Shown: in pieces, positions 22,504 through 31,887 of the stretch
Layout of the letters: the number at the start of each line of letters is the position of its first letter
Position numbering within the stretch: position 1 is the stretch's first letter
Origin: Oceanospirillaceae bacterium
GTDB taxonomy: Bacteria; Pseudomonadota; Gammaproteobacteria; Pseudomonadales; Balneatricaceae
Direction of reading: 5' to 3'
NCBI GenBank assembly: GCA_024640955.1
Contig: JAHEDZ010000001.1
Coordinates: 21,393-85,392 of the forward strand
Length of the DNA: 64,000 nucleotides
Notes under the pieces: generated by a model
Told to the model about the DNA's origin: nothing
Seen by the model: only the letters and a program-made list of their open reading frames with translations
Databases searched by the model: none
Position numbers and translations under genes: made by a program

Positions 22504-23094
22504 TTAGAGGTAAGCGGCTAACTTCTCGTGCAGCTCAACCGGGTTAATGTCATGTGCAAGAATGTCAGCCAGATGCCCATCAGGATCGATCAGGTAGAGT
22601 CGAGCCGAGTGGTCTACGGTGTAGCCCAGAGCTGAATCCTCCATCTCCACAAAGGCGTAGTAACCGCCATACTGTTTAACGATCGCATCAATCTGCTCTT
22701 TGCTGCTGGTCGCGCCAAAGATGCGGTTAGAGAAGTACTGGGTGTAGGCGTGCAGCTCCTCTGGCGTATCGCGCTGCGGATCGACTGAGATAAACAGACC
22801 GCGCACCTTCTGCTGCTGCTCCTCGCTCAGTTGGCGAATGGCTGTAGCCATTACACCCATTGAGGTGGGGCAGACATCGGGGCAGGACATAAAGCCGAAG
22901 TAGACCAGTACGATCTCGCCTTTATAGTCACTGAGATTGATCTCGCCTTCAACGGATGTGAGGCTAAAATCACCGCCTATACCTGCTTGAGCATATTTTG
23001 GTAACGGAGCTTTGGGTCCAAAGAGTTCAAAGCTGACGTAAGCGCCGACGGAGACGGCTAGGCCGAGAAAAGTGTAGAGAAAAAGGTTGCGCAT
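22504..23094 (-). CDS. SCO1/SenC-family copper-binding thioredoxin-like protein
   Basis: 196 aa. N-terminal anchor, FGFMSCPDVCP (CxxxC) and the conserved downstream His (VDHS). Confidence 0.9.
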   Translation of the reverse strand: MRNLFLYTFLGLAVSVGAYVSFELFGPKAPLPKYAQAGIGGDFSLTSVEGEINLSDYKGEIVLVYFGFMSCPDVCPTSMGVMATAIRQLSEEQQQKVRGLFISVDPQRDTPEELHAYTQYFSNRIFGATSSKEQIDAIVKQYGGYYAFVEMEDSALGYTVDHSARLYLIDPDGHLADILAHDINPVELHEKLAAYL

Positions 23095-23106
23095 CGTTGC
23101 TCCCTA

Positions 23107-23583
23107 TCAGCGTGCGTCAAATTCGAATTGATAGACCTCTTGTCCATCGTTCTGCTCGAGTATCAGATTGAGTACCCAGCGCATTGTCCCTGTGGTGCAG
23201 ATTCCGAGGTTAGCCTCAGCTTGCCAGAGCGGACCTCGCCGTACGAGATTGACCTGGTTAACACCCATGTACATCACTTTGCCCTGTAGATCGATCCAGA
23301 AAACGTCTGGAGCATCTCCGGGGTAGCTGACACTCAGCTGAAATGGCGCCGCTGATGATATCGGCAGTGGGCTCAGCTCGAGGCTTGCCCGGCCTGCCGG
23401 CGTCTCGAACTCACATGGCCCGCTAAGTAGATCGCAATCTACCACGTTTGCTTTAATATCTCCTGCCTGTTGTAACCAGAGCGCAACGCCAAGTGCTCCA
23501 ACCAACAGCAGTAGGGCGAGGAGGGTCTTCAATTTAGGGCTTGCTTTGATAATCCTGTATTCCTGGTCGGGCCAGCGGTCCAA
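23107..23583 (-). CDS. Hypothetical membrane-anchored protein, first gene of the Sco/PCuAC string
   Basis: 158 aa. One TM helix (LLALLLLVGALGVALW) and 4 Cys in the predicted periplasmic part. 12 nt upstream of sco. Confidence 0.55.
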   Translation of the reverse strand: MDRWPDQEYRIIKASPKLKTLLALLLLVGALGVALWLQQAGDIKANVVDCDLLSGPCEFETPAGRASLELSPLPISSAAPFQLSVSYPGDAPDVFWIDLQGKVMYMGVNQVNLVRRGPLWQAEANLGICTTGTMRWVLNLILEQNDGQEVYQFEFDAR

Positions 23584-23794
23584 TTGTTTTCAATCTGCTT
23601 GTAATACGCTTTCAATGTGCTTTATCTGCGTTTTGAATCTGATTGTGAGTTTGCCACAAATGTTCAAAAGGTTAAATTAGGTATTTCTAATTTAGTCCTC
23701 TTTTCGTGCGCCAGATCAGGGTAAACCTCGGCAGGGGTTTTGCGTATAATCTCTACGTGCGCACCTATCCAACCGCCTTTCGAGAAGCGAAACG

Positions 23795-24934
23795 ATGCTG
23801 AATCTTGTTGCCGATGAAAATATGCCCGCTGTTGAGGCGCTGTTTGGTGATTTTGCCCACATCACCCGGCTTCCCGGGCGAGAGATGCAGGCATCTGATC
23901 TTGCTGAAGCCGATATTCTGTTGGTTCGTTCTATCACCACTGTCGACGACAATTTGCTGGCTCAAGCTCGACAGCTTAAATTCGTCGGTACAGCGACCAT
24001 CGGTATTGACCATCTGGACACAGCCGCGCTCGAGAGCCGTGCGATCCGATACAGTAATGCGCCGGGCTGTAATGCCGACGCTGTGGTCGATTTCACCCTT
24101 AGTGGCATCTACAAAGATGCTCAGGTACGGGGCCAGAATCTGAAACAACTCCACTTTGCGGTTGTGGGCTGCGGTCAGGTTGGCTCTCGTCTGTTAGAGC
24201 GGTTGCGTCTTTTAGGGCATGAGCCGCTCAGTTGCGATCCTCTGCGCGCATCAGAGTCTGGTTTCGAACATACACCGATTGACGAGGTGATCCGTACGGC
24301 AGATGTGATCTGTCTGCATACGCCGCTGACCAAGAGGGGTGACGCACCCAGCGAACATCTACTAGACGAGGCGCGGCTGCGCCAACTAAAACCGGGAGCT
24401 CTACTTCTGAATGCGGGGCGCGGTGCCGTCATCGATAATGCTGCACTCTTACGTGTGGCGTATGATCGTCCTGACCTAGTACTGATTCTGGATGTCTGGG
24501 AGCATGAGCCGAGTGTTAACCTGCAACTGGCGCAGCGCTGCTTTATCGCCACACCGCATATTGCCGGCCACAGCATTGATGGCAAGCTGCGCGGTACCTG
24601 GATGCTCTACGATCAGGTGTGCAGAAGCTTTGGCATAAAACAGCGTTTCAAGCTTGAGGATATTCTTCCAGCACCGCGTATTTTGGGCGTTACGCTGGCA
24701 GAGGATGCTGAGCCTCACCGGTTGCTGCAGCTAGTATACGATCAGTGGGCTGACGATCGTCGCTTCCGCGCGTCACTGGTGGCTGATGCGGCGCAGCAGC
24801 GGGCCAACTTTGATCATTTGCGCAAAAACTACCCCTACCGCCGCGAATTTGCCGCACTGCGCATAGGTGTTGCATCGGCTGCACAGCAAGCAGAGTTATT
24901 GGCGATGGGCTTTAAGGTTGAGCTGCAGTCGTGA
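23795..24934 (+). CDS. pdxB: Erythronate-4-phosphate dehydrogenase
   Basis: 379 aa. N-terminus ADENMP..E.LF, NAD site VGCGQVGSRL and a PdxB-specific C-terminal dimerisation domain. Confidence 0.92.
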   Translation: MLNLVADENMPAVEALFGDFAHITRLPGREMQASDLAEADILLVRSITTVDDNLLAQARQLKFVGTATIGIDHLDTAALESRAIRYSNAPGCNADAVVDFTLSGIYKDAQVRGQNLKQLHFAVVGCGQVGSRLLERLRLLGHEPLSCDPLRASESGFEHTPIDEVIRTADVICLHTPLTKRGDAPSEHLLDEARLRQLKPGALLLNAGRGAVIDNAALLRVAYDRPDLVLILDVWEHEPSVNLQLAQRCFIATPHIAGHSIDGKLRGTWMLYDQVCRSFGIKQRFKLEDILPAPRILGVTLAEDAEPHRLLQLVYDQWADDRRFRASLVADAAQQRANFDHLRKNYPYRREFAALRIGVASAAQQAELLAMGFKVELQS

Positions 24935-25093
24935 GCCAACAGCAGATTCCCCAGGGCTATCTACGCCGAGCCGCATGGTTTGCGCCTCGATCCGATGGAT
25001 GATGAGACGCGGGTCTATCTGCAGGGCTTTTTGGCGCATATGCAGCTGCGTTATCGTTTTCCTCCGGTATCCGATTCCTGGCATTAGAGATGT

Positions 25094-25984
25094 TTATTTT
25101 AGGTTGCGCAGCGCGTCAATGCGATCGTCGAGTGGCGGATGGCTCGCGAAGAGTGCCATTAGACTCTGTTTGGTGTCGCTGGCGATACCGAAGGCAGTCA
25201 GTTGGCCGCCGAGGTCCTCAGACTGACGCTGGCTCTCCATCTTGAGGCGCTGTAGTGCGCTAATCATGCCCGCCTGGCTGCCGTAAAGTGCACCAGCCTG
25301 GTCTGCACGGTACTCACGACGGCGGGAGAACCAAGCAACAATCACCGACGCGAGAATGCCGAAGACGATCTCCGCCACGAAGGTAGTGATATAAAAGCCG
25401 ATACCGACGCCGCCCGAGTTGTCGCCACGACGCAGAAATGAGTCCACCGCGTAGCCAACAATACGCGCCATAAACATCACAAAAGCGTTAACAACACCTT
25501 GGATCAGCGCCAGCGTAACCATGTCACCATTGGCAACGTGACCCACCTCGTGTGCCATCACAGCCTTCACCTCTTCAGGCTTGAAGCGCTGTAGCATGCC
25601 CGAGCTTACAGCGACCAGCGAGTTGTTGCGGTTCCAGCCCGTGGCGAATGCGTTGGGCGCATTTGACGGGAAGATACCCACCTCAGGCATACCAATACCC
25701 GCTTTCTCAGCGAGCTCGGCAACGGTATCGACCAGCCACTTCTCTTGCGCGTTGCAGGGCTGCTCGATGATCTTTGCGCCAGTAGAGCGCTTCGCCATCC
25801 ACTTTGACATGAACAGCGAAACGAACGAGCCGACCATACCGAACACCAGGCAGAAGATCATCAACGAAGTCAGATCCAGCCCATTGGCAGTCAGATAAGA
25901 GTTAACCCCCAGCAGCGACAGAGTGATGCTAGCGATTAAAATGATCGCGAGGTTGGTAAGAAGAAAGAGTCCAATTCGCATCAT
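25094..25984 (-). CDS. htpX: Membrane zinc metalloprotease HtpX (M48)
   Basis: MMRIGLFLLTNLA N-terminus and the HEVGHVANGD motif. Confidence 0.92.
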   Translation of the reverse strand: MMRIGLFLLTNLAIILIASITLSLLGVNSYLTANGLDLTSLMIFCLVFGMVGSFVSLFMSKWMAKRSTGAKIIEQPCNAQEKWLVDTVAELAEKAGIGMPEVGIFPSNAPNAFATGWNRNNSLVAVSSGMLQRFKPEEVKAVMAHEVGHVANGDMVTLALIQGVVNAFVMFMARIVGYAVDSFLRRGDNSGGVGIGFYITTFVAEIVFGILASVIVAWFSRRREYRADQAGALYGSQAGMISALQRLKMESQRQSEDLGGQLTAFGIASDTKQSLMALFASHPPLDDRIDALRNLK

Positions 25985-26059
25985 GATGCGCAAATCCTCA
26001 TTAAGTTTCGTTACAAGATATGTGGGGGTAGGGTGGGTACTTTCAGGGCTCTGTAGTGA

Positions 26060-27271
26060 TTACTTGTAAGTTTTCAAGAACTTAGCAATACGATTACACG
26101 CCTCTTCGAGCATATCCACCTGCGGCAAGAACACCAGGCGGAAGTGCTGGGTATCAGGCAGGTTAAACCCGCTCCCCTGCACAATGAGTACCTTCTGCTG
26201 CTGCAGTAGATCAAGTGCGAACTTCTCGTCGTTCTCGATCGGGTAGATCTCTGAATCCAGCTTTACGAACAGGTACATTGCCCCCGCCGGTTTAACACAG
26301 CTGACACCTTCGATGCCGTTCAGGATGTTGTATGCTAACTCGCGCTGCTCCCAGAGGCGACCGCCGGGAACAATCAGCTCGTTAATGCTCTGATAACCAC
26401 CTAAAGCTGTCTGGATCGCATTTTGCGCGGGTACGTTGGCACACAGGCGCATATTGGCTAGCATATCTAAACCCTCGATGTAATCGCGAGCTCGGTGCTT
26501 AGGACCGCTTATGATCATCCAGCCGGAACGGAAGCCTGCCGCACGGTAGGTCTTGGATAATCCGTTTAGAGTGGCACAGAAAACATCATCGCAAAGTGAC
26601 GCTGTTGATACATGACGTGCCTCATCGTAGAGGATCTTGTCATAGATCTCGTCAGAGAAGAGGATCAGGTTGTGCTTGCGTGCGAGGTCGATAATCTGCT
26701 CAAGCAGCTCAGCAGGGTAGACGGCGCCGGTTGGGTTGTTCGGGTTGATCACCACAATGCCGCGCGTCTTATCGCTGATCTTCGAGCGAATATCCTCGAT
26801 ATCAGGGAACCAGCCGTTCTCCTCGTCACAGCGATAGTGGCGTGGGTTACCACCGGCCAGACTCACCGCAGCTGTCCACAGCGGGTAGTCTGGAGCCGGG
26901 ATCAGCATCTCATCATTATCGTTGAGCAGACCTTGCATCGCCATAACGATTAGCTCAGAAACACCGTTGCCGATGTAGATATCTTCGATTCCTACATTGG
27001 CGATCTGTTTACGCTGACACTCCTGCATAATCGCCTTGCGGGCGGCAAACAAACCTTTTGAGTCACAGTAACCCTGGGCCGAAGGCAGGTTATAGATGAC
27101 GTCCTGAACAATCTCCTCTGGCGCGTTGAAGCCCCAGGGTGCCGGATTACCGATGTTCAGTTTTAGGATCTGGTGGCCCTCCTCCTCGAGGCGTTTAGCC
27201 TCTTGCATGACGGGGCCGCGAATGTCATAACAAACGTTGTTAAGTTTGTTCGATTTGCGTGTTACAGACAT
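26060..27271 (-). CDS. alaA: Glutamate-pyruvate (alanine) aminotransferase, AlaA-type
   Basis: SNKLNNVCYDIRGPV..EA.RLEEEG..ILKLNIGNPAP, NPNNPTGAVY and SKTYR..GFR. Start set at the Met that aligns with the AlaA N-terminus. Confidence 0.88.
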   Translation of the reverse strand: MSVTRKSNKLNNVCYDIRGPVMQEAKRLEEEGHQILKLNIGNPAPWGFNAPEEIVQDVIYNLPSAQGYCDSKGLFAARKAIMQECQRKQIANVGIEDIYIGNGVSELIVMAMQGLLNDNDEMLIPAPDYPLWTAAVSLAGGNPRHYRCDEENGWFPDIEDIRSKISDKTRGIVVINPNNPTGAVYPAELLEQIIDLARKHNLILFSDEIYDKILYDEARHVSTASLCDDVFCATLNGLSKTYRAAGFRSGWMIISGPKHRARDYIEGLDMLANMRLCANVPAQNAIQTALGGYQSINELIVPGGRLWEQRELAYNILNGIEGVSCVKPAGAMYLFVKLDSEIYPIENDEKFALDLLQQQKVLIVQGSGFNLPDTQHFRLVFLPQVDMLEEACNRIAKFLKTYK

Positions 27272-27417
27272 CTCGTTCTCAGTATGTGTCAGTTGTGCCA
27301 TCAAATGGCGAATATTGCCCGTAATGATACGTGTTTGCCGCGCGTGCGTATAGCATGTGCCTACACAGATGTATCGATGGATTTCGGCAACAACTGATTG
27401 AATTCAAGTGAGGAATT

Positions 27418-27831
27418 ATGGCCAGCGATAAGCCTGCAAAGATCCAGAAATCGGATGCCGAGTGGCAACTGGAGCTAACCCCAGAGGAGTTTCATATTTG
27501 TCGACTCAAAGGGACCGAACGCGCCTTCACAGGAGCGCTCTATAACGAGAAACGACAGGGGGCTTACCTATGTAAGTGTTGTGGCGAGGAGCTGTTCGGC
27601 GCAGATACTAAATATGACTCTGGCTGCGGCTGGCCGAGTTTTTATCAACCGGCGGACGAGCAGAAGATCGATGAGTACCGCGATACCAGTCACGGCATGA
27701 TTCGCACCGAGGTGTGCTGTAGCCGGTGCGATGCGCATCTGGGGCACGTTTTTCCGGATGGTCCGGCACCAACAGGGATTCGCTACTGTATCAACTCGGC
27801 GTCACTCAACTTCGTACCGGAGGATGAATGA
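27418..27831 (+). CDS. msrB: Peptide-methionine (R)-S-oxide reductase
   Basis: 137 aa. CxxC...CxxC zinc site and the GCGWPSF, RYCINS motifs. Confidence 0.95.
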   Translation: MASDKPAKIQKSDAEWQLELTPEEFHICRLKGTERAFTGALYNEKRQGAYLCKCCGEELFGADTKYDSGCGWPSFYQPADEQKIDEYRDTSHGMIRTEVCCSRCDAHLGHVFPDGPAPTGIRYCINSASLNFVPEDE

Positions 27832-28496
27832 AATCCTTCGCGCAGCTCAAAGATCAAACGCTGAATCACCACAAGGGCACGCCCCTTGAAGCACTTCTGG
27901 GACCGCGTGCGCGCACGCATGCCGAACTCTGCGCAGTGACGGATGACCGTATCCTCAGTGCCATGTCCTGGCGCATATTCTGTGCCGGGCTTAAGCGTTC
28001 AGTGGTTGATGGTAAATGGCCGGCCTTTGAGAAGGCCTTCTTTGGGTTTGTGCCAGAGAAGGTGTCGTTGATGAGCGATGAGCATCTGGAGAAGTTGATG
28101 CAGAATCGCGACCTGATTCGCCACCTCGGCAAGATCAAAGCGACCCGTATCAATGCTTTGATGATTGAGGAGGCATCGCGCAAGGCGGGCGGATTTGGTC
28201 GTTTTTTGGCGGATTGGCCGGTGGAGGATACTGTGGGCCTCTGGCTATTCTTCAAGAAAGAGGGGAGTCAGTTGGGCGGCAATTCAGGCGCCTACTCGCT
28301 GCGCATCGTTGGGCGAGATACGCCGGTGCTTACCGATGATGTGGTGACTGCACTCAAGGCGCAGGGCGTTATCGATAAACGGCCGACTGCTCAGCGCGAT
28401 CTCAAACTAGTCCAACAGGCCTTCAATCAGTGGCAGCAGGAGTCGGGCCTTGACCAGTGTCAGATTAGCCGCTTGCTAGCGCACTCGATCGGCTAG
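27828..28496 (+). CDS. DNA-3-methyladenine glycosylase I (Tag)-family protein, atypical
   Basis: 222 aa. The central region parallels Tag (AGL....V..KW.AF..AF..F.P..V......E.L......IRH.GKI.A). The N-terminal Cys/zinc motif is not seen. Confidence 0.6.
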   Translation: MKSFAQLKDQTLNHHKGTPLEALLGPRARTHAELCAVTDDRILSAMSWRIFCAGLKRSVVDGKWPAFEKAFFGFVPEKVSLMSDEHLEKLMQNRDLIRHLGKIKATRINALMIEEASRKAGGFGRFLADWPVEDTVGLWLFFKKEGSQLGGNSGAYSLRIVGRDTPVLTDDVVTALKAQGVIDKRPTAQRDLKLVQQAFNQWQQESGLDQCQISRLLAHSIG

Positions 28497-28519
28497 CTCT
28501 ATTAGTCGGCTAGCTCTGT

Positions 28520-29089
28520 TTATCGAGTGGAGGGGTGTGCCAGCGGTTTTAGCTGAGCCAGAAACTCCGCCAGGTTATCAGCCAGGTGTCGCAGAGGCTT
28601 TTTGCCCGGCGCTTCCAGCCAGATGCTGCCATCCTCATTCATCAGCGAGATAAACTCCTCGCCATCCGGTTCTGTACAGGCAAAAAAGAGTGTTAGCGGT
28701 TGGCGGGCACGACGTTTGTTCAGCGCATGACCAATTAGATTTGCACGCAGGCGCTCAAACTCTTCGGGATTCCACGCGAACAGCAGAGTTAGTTCGCCAT
28801 CGGGGTGCTCGGCATAGATCGGATCAGACCAGTAACAGCTATAGTAAGTAGCCAAATCGGTGTGGATTGGAGTGTCTAGCGCCTCGCCAAGGCGTTCGAA
28901 CATGTTGATAGGCGTATCGATTGCGACAGGACGCCAGCCCACCTCTTTACCTCCGCGGCCCTCTTCCATCAGGCAGGGGCTCTGCCATTCGGCTTCCCAA
29001 GGTAGAAGGGGCCAGCCAAGAGGCTCCTGCAGTTCCTTATATTGATGTATGAATCGATCCAGCTGGGCTTCCAATGTCATTTCACTCAC
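28520..29089 (-). CDS. syd: SecY-interacting protein Syd
   Basis: 189 aa. LRANLIGHALNKRR...TLFFA and the C-terminal NLAEFLAQLKPL resemble E. coli Syd. Confidence 0.85.
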   Translation of the reverse strand: MSEMTLEAQLDRFIHQYKELQEPLGWPLLPWEAEWQSPCLMEEGRGGKEVGWRPVAIDTPINMFERLGEALDTPIHTDLATYYSCYWSDPIYAEHPDGELTLLFAWNPEEFERLRANLIGHALNKRRARQPLTLFFACTEPDGEEFISLMNEDGSIWLEAPGKKPLRHLADNLAEFLAQLKPLAHPSTR

Positions 29090-29216
29090 TTCCCTAACTC
29101 TACCGGTTGAAGTGCGCCAAAGTATGCCTTATTCGGTCTGCTGATTGAAATTTGAGCATGATCGTTCACTCTTTGATCAACCGCGCGTTGATTTACAAAA
29201 AAAGTGTTAAAAGCGT

Positions 29217-29244
29217 TTGACACACAACCAAAAGCCATTAAAAT
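29217..29244 (+). promoter_or_regulatory. Candidate sigma-70 promoter of the tRNA array
   Basis: TTGACA, then 16 nt, then TAAAAT. An A-rich UP-like tract lies upstream (ACAAAAAAAGTGTTAAAAG). About 40 nt before the first tRNA. Confidence 0.45.
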
Positions 29245-29284
29245 TCGGCACCTGTTCTTGGGTGACCGAGTGCATGAGTAAGCT

Positions 29285-29361
29285 GGAGTGGTAGTTCAGT
29301 TGGTTAGAATACCTGCCTGTCACGCAGGGGGTCGCGGGTTCGAGTCCCGTCCATTCCGCCA
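29285..29361 (+). tRNA. tRNA-Asp (GTC)
   Basis: 77 nt. Matches my recollection of E. coli tRNA-Asp closely. Anticodon loop CTGTCAC. Encoded CCA. Confidence 0.95.
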
Positions 29362-29378
29362 CTTACTCAAAACGTTAT

Positions 29379-29454
29379 GGGCGAATAGCTCAGTTGGGAG
29401 AGCATCTGCCTTACAAGCAGAGGGTCGGGGGTTCGAACCCCTCTTCGCCCACCA
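29379..29454 (+). tRNA. tRNA-Val (TAC)
   Basis: 76 nt. GGGCGAATAGCTCAGTTGGGAGAGC... Anticodon loop CTTACAA. Encoded CCA. Confidence 0.95.
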
Positions 29455-29458
29455 TAAC

Positions 29459-29535
29459 GGAGTGGTAGTTCAGTTGGTTAGAATACCTGCCTGTCACGCA
29501 GGGGGTCGCGGGTTCGAGTCCCGTCCATTCCGCCA
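29459..29535 (+). tRNA. tRNA-Asp (GTC)
   Basis: Identical in sequence to the copy at 29285-29361. Confidence 0.95.
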
Positions 29536-29587
29536 TCTCTCGTAGAATTCGGTATGAGAGATTAAGTCGCAAGGCACCGTACGTTTT

Positions 29588-29663
29588 GGGCGAATAGCTC
29601 AGTTGGGAGAGCATCTGCCTTACAAGCAGAGGGTCGGGGGTTCGAACCCCTCTTCGCCCACCA
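29588..29663 (+). tRNA. tRNA-Val (TAC)
   Basis: Identical in sequence to the copy at 29379-29454. Confidence 0.95.
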
Positions 29664-29667
29664 AAAC

Positions 29668-29744
29668 GGAGTGGTAGTTCAGTTGGTTAGAATACCTGCC
29701 TGTCACGCAGGGGGTCGCGGGTTCGAGTCCCGTCCATTCCGCCA
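29668..29744 (+). tRNA. tRNA-Asp (GTC)
   Basis: Identical third copy. Confidence 0.95.
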
Positions 29745-29748
29745 TTTT

Positions 29749-29821
29749 GAACTGATCGGTAAAAATACCTGCCTGTCAGCTCTCAGTGGTTATCGGGTCG
29801 CGGAGTCCCATCCATTCCGCC
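29749..29821 (+). pseudogene. Decayed tRNA-Asp copy
   Basis: AATACCTGCCTGTCA and GGGTCGCGG..AGTCCCATCCATTCCGCC are retained. The acceptor 5' arm is lost, about 14 nt are inserted after the anticodon loop, and GTTCG is deleted from the T-arm. Confidence 0.6.
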
Positions 29822-29881
29822 GTTTTAACTGTTTTGTCCTAAAAGCAGCGCCACATAACAGTGGCTCGCCTCCAAGGTTAT

Positions 29882-29957
29882 GGGCGAATAGCTCAGTTGG
29901 GAGAGCATCTGCCTTACAAGCAGAGGGTCGGGGGTTCGAACCCCTCTTCGCCCACCA
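29882..29957 (+). tRNA. tRNA-Val (TAC)
   Basis: Identical third copy. Confidence 0.95.
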
Positions 29958-29998
29958 TAACCGCACCTTACCAGCGAATCTTGAGATAAGATTTGTTT

Positions 29999-30934
29999 AT
30001 GGAAACAGCACTGCTTCAGCCCTTTAACCATAATTTGTTTGAGCGTCATCGCGTTCAAGTCGATATTTTGCGGCTTGACCGAATTGATCCTCTGATCAGT
30101 GGTAACAAGTGGTTCAAGCTGCAGCCGCTACTCGAGCGCAGTGAGCCGCTGCGCCCTGTGCTAAGTTTTGGCGGTGCTTACTCTAACCATCTTCATGCTT
30201 TAGCCCGCTTCGGACAGAAGCATGGGATTCCAACCTTTGGTGTCGTTCGCGGGGAGTCTAAACTGACGCCGACGCTAGAGGATGCTCAGAACTGGGGGAT
30301 GCGCCTGCACTTTTTGCAGCGTGATCAGTACCGTCAGTTACGAGAGCGCAATAACGGCGACGAGCCACCAATATTAGCTCAGTTCGCTGAACGCTTCGGT
30401 CGATTTGATCTGCTACCTGAGGGTGGTGCAACAGACGAGGCGATGGTCAGTTGCGGCAGAATTTGGTCGCTATTACCGCAGGAGTACAGCGCCAATCGCG
30501 TGTTGGTCGGTGTTGGGACAGGCACCACCCTGGCTGGGATGGTGCTACAAGCACCTGCCAATACCCAGTTAGAGGGAGTTGCTGCGATTGCTCAGTTCGC
30601 TTATCTGCAACCGCAGATCGACGCGCTCTTGGCCGGACGAACGCTCAATCGGCAAGTGAGTTGGCGTTTGGTTGAGGGGGCGCCGCTTGGTTTTGCCAAG
30701 GTGAACGCTGAGCTCTCTGGGTTGATGCTCAGGGCCCAGGCGCTGCAGCTAGCGCTAGATCCAGTCTACACACTACGGCTGTTGCACAGTTTTATTCGCC
30801 GTTTGCTGGCAGGTGAGTTTGCGCCCGGTGAGCGTATTTTGTTGATTCATACCGGTGGCTTGCAAGGGCTGCGCGGACAGCAGCAGCGTCTTAGCCGTTT
30901 GGCCTCTGCCCATTGTGGTCCCATCCCTCTATAA
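29999..30934 (+). CDS. PLP-dependent ACC deaminase / D-cysteine desulfhydrase-family protein
   Basis: About 311 aa. ISGNKWFKL and FGGAYSNHLHALA motifs of the fold-type II family. Confidence 0.8.
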   Translation: METALLQPFNHNLFERHRVQVDILRLDRIDPLISGNKWFKLQPLLERSEPLRPVLSFGGAYSNHLHALARFGQKHGIPTFGVVRGESKLTPTLEDAQNWGMRLHFLQRDQYRQLRERNNGDEPPILAQFAERFGRFDLLPEGGATDEAMVSCGRIWSLLPQEYSANRVLVGVGTGTTLAGMVLQAPANTQLEGVAAIAQFAYLQPQIDALLAGRTLNRQVSWRLVEGAPLGFAKVNAELSGLMLRAQALQLALDPVYTLRLLHSFIRRLLAGEFAPGERILLIHTGGLQGLRGQQQRLSRLASAHCGPIPL

Positions 30935-30999
30935 TCCAGTAAAACTCAGTCAAAGCTCCGCCATAGAGAGCTTATCCGCGACCGCACAAGGGAAATTTG

Positions 31000-31887
31000 A
31001 TGGTTGAATTTAAGAAGATCGGTCTCATCGGCCGTCTTGGAAGCCGTACCGTTATCGATACACTGAAGCAGCTTGGGCGTTTCCTCGAGGGGCGTAATCT
31101 GCAGGTGGTCGTTGATTCTGCGATTGCCGACCTGATGCCGGGGCACGGTTACCAGGTTGCTAAAGGGCGAATGATCGGTGAGATCTGTGATCTGGTGATT
31201 GTTGTGGGTGGTGATGGATCTCTGCTTGGTGCTGCACGTGTTTTGGCGGCTACCGGTGTGCCGGTGCTCGGTGTTAACCGCGGTAACCTGGGCTTCCTGA
31301 CTGATATCAAACCGGATGAGATTGAACAGAAGGTGGGTGACGTTCTGGAAGGACGCTACTCGGTCGATAAGCGCTTCCTGCTTGATGTGGTAGTGAAGCG
31401 CAACGGTGAGCCGATCGCTGAAGCGACCGCTTTGAACGACTGTGTACTCCACCCGGGTAAAGCGACCCGCATGATTGAGTTTGAGCTGTGGATTGAGGGG
31501 CAGTACGTCTACAACCAGCGCTCGGACGGTTTGATCGTCTCAACCCCGACCGGTTCCACCGCTTATTCACTGTCGGGTGGCGGTCCGCTGATGCAGCCGA
31601 AACTCGATGCGCTGGTGCTGGTGCCGATGTTTCCGCATACGCTCTCGAGCCGTCCAATCGTGGTGGAAGGGAACTCAGAGCTTAAGTTAGTTGTCAGCGA
31701 GAGCAATGAGACTTACCCCTCTATCGCTTGCGACGGTCAGATGAACATCGCACTGGCCCCGGGTGACACGGTTACAATTCACAAGAAACCACAGAAGCTG
31801 AAGTTGCTGCACCCGCTTGATTATGACTTTTATCAGACCTGTCGTGAGAAGCTGGGGTGGAGCTCCAAGCCTGGAGGGAATGTCTAG
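31000..31887 (+). CDS. nadK: NAD kinase
   Basis: GGDGSLLGAAR, NRGNLGFLTD and STPTGSTAYSLSGGGP motifs. Confidence 0.92.
   Translation: MVEFKKIGLIGRLGSRTVIDTLKQLGRFLEGRNLQVVVDSAIADLMPGHGYQVAKGRMIGEICDLVIVVGGDGSLLGAARVLAATGVPVLGVNRGNLGFLTDIKPDEIEQKVGDVLEGRYSVDKRFLLDVVVKRNGEPIAEATALNDCVLHPGKATRMIEFELWIEGQYVYNQRSDGLIVSTPTGSTAYSLSGGGPLMQPKLDALVLVPMFPHTLSSRPIVVEGNSELKLVVSESNETYPSIACDGQMNIALAPGDTVTIHKKPQKLKLLHPLDYDFYQTCREKLGWSSKPGGNV

Noticed and set aside
24935-25093. About 51 codons open in-frame after the pdxB TGA (…IYAEPHGLRLDPMDDETRVYLQGFLAHMQLRYRFPPVSDSWH*), a possible read-through extension or small gene; also track ORFs 24867-25226 and 24896-25084
   Set aside because: pdxB already ends at the canonical length. 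An open run of this length is not rare at this GC content. There is no RBS or start and no recognisable family.
29288-30058. ORFs 29288-29545, 29671-30027, 29411-29614 and 29825-30058
   Set aside because: These are translations of the tRNA-Asp/Val repeats (the repeated peptide VVQLVRIPACHAGGRGFESRPFRH), not genes.
29957-31000. Genomic island or integrase downstream of the tRNA array
   Set aside because: The array is followed directly by ordinary metabolic genes (a PLP enzyme, then nadK). I found no integrase, direct repeat of a tRNA 3' end, or compositional break.
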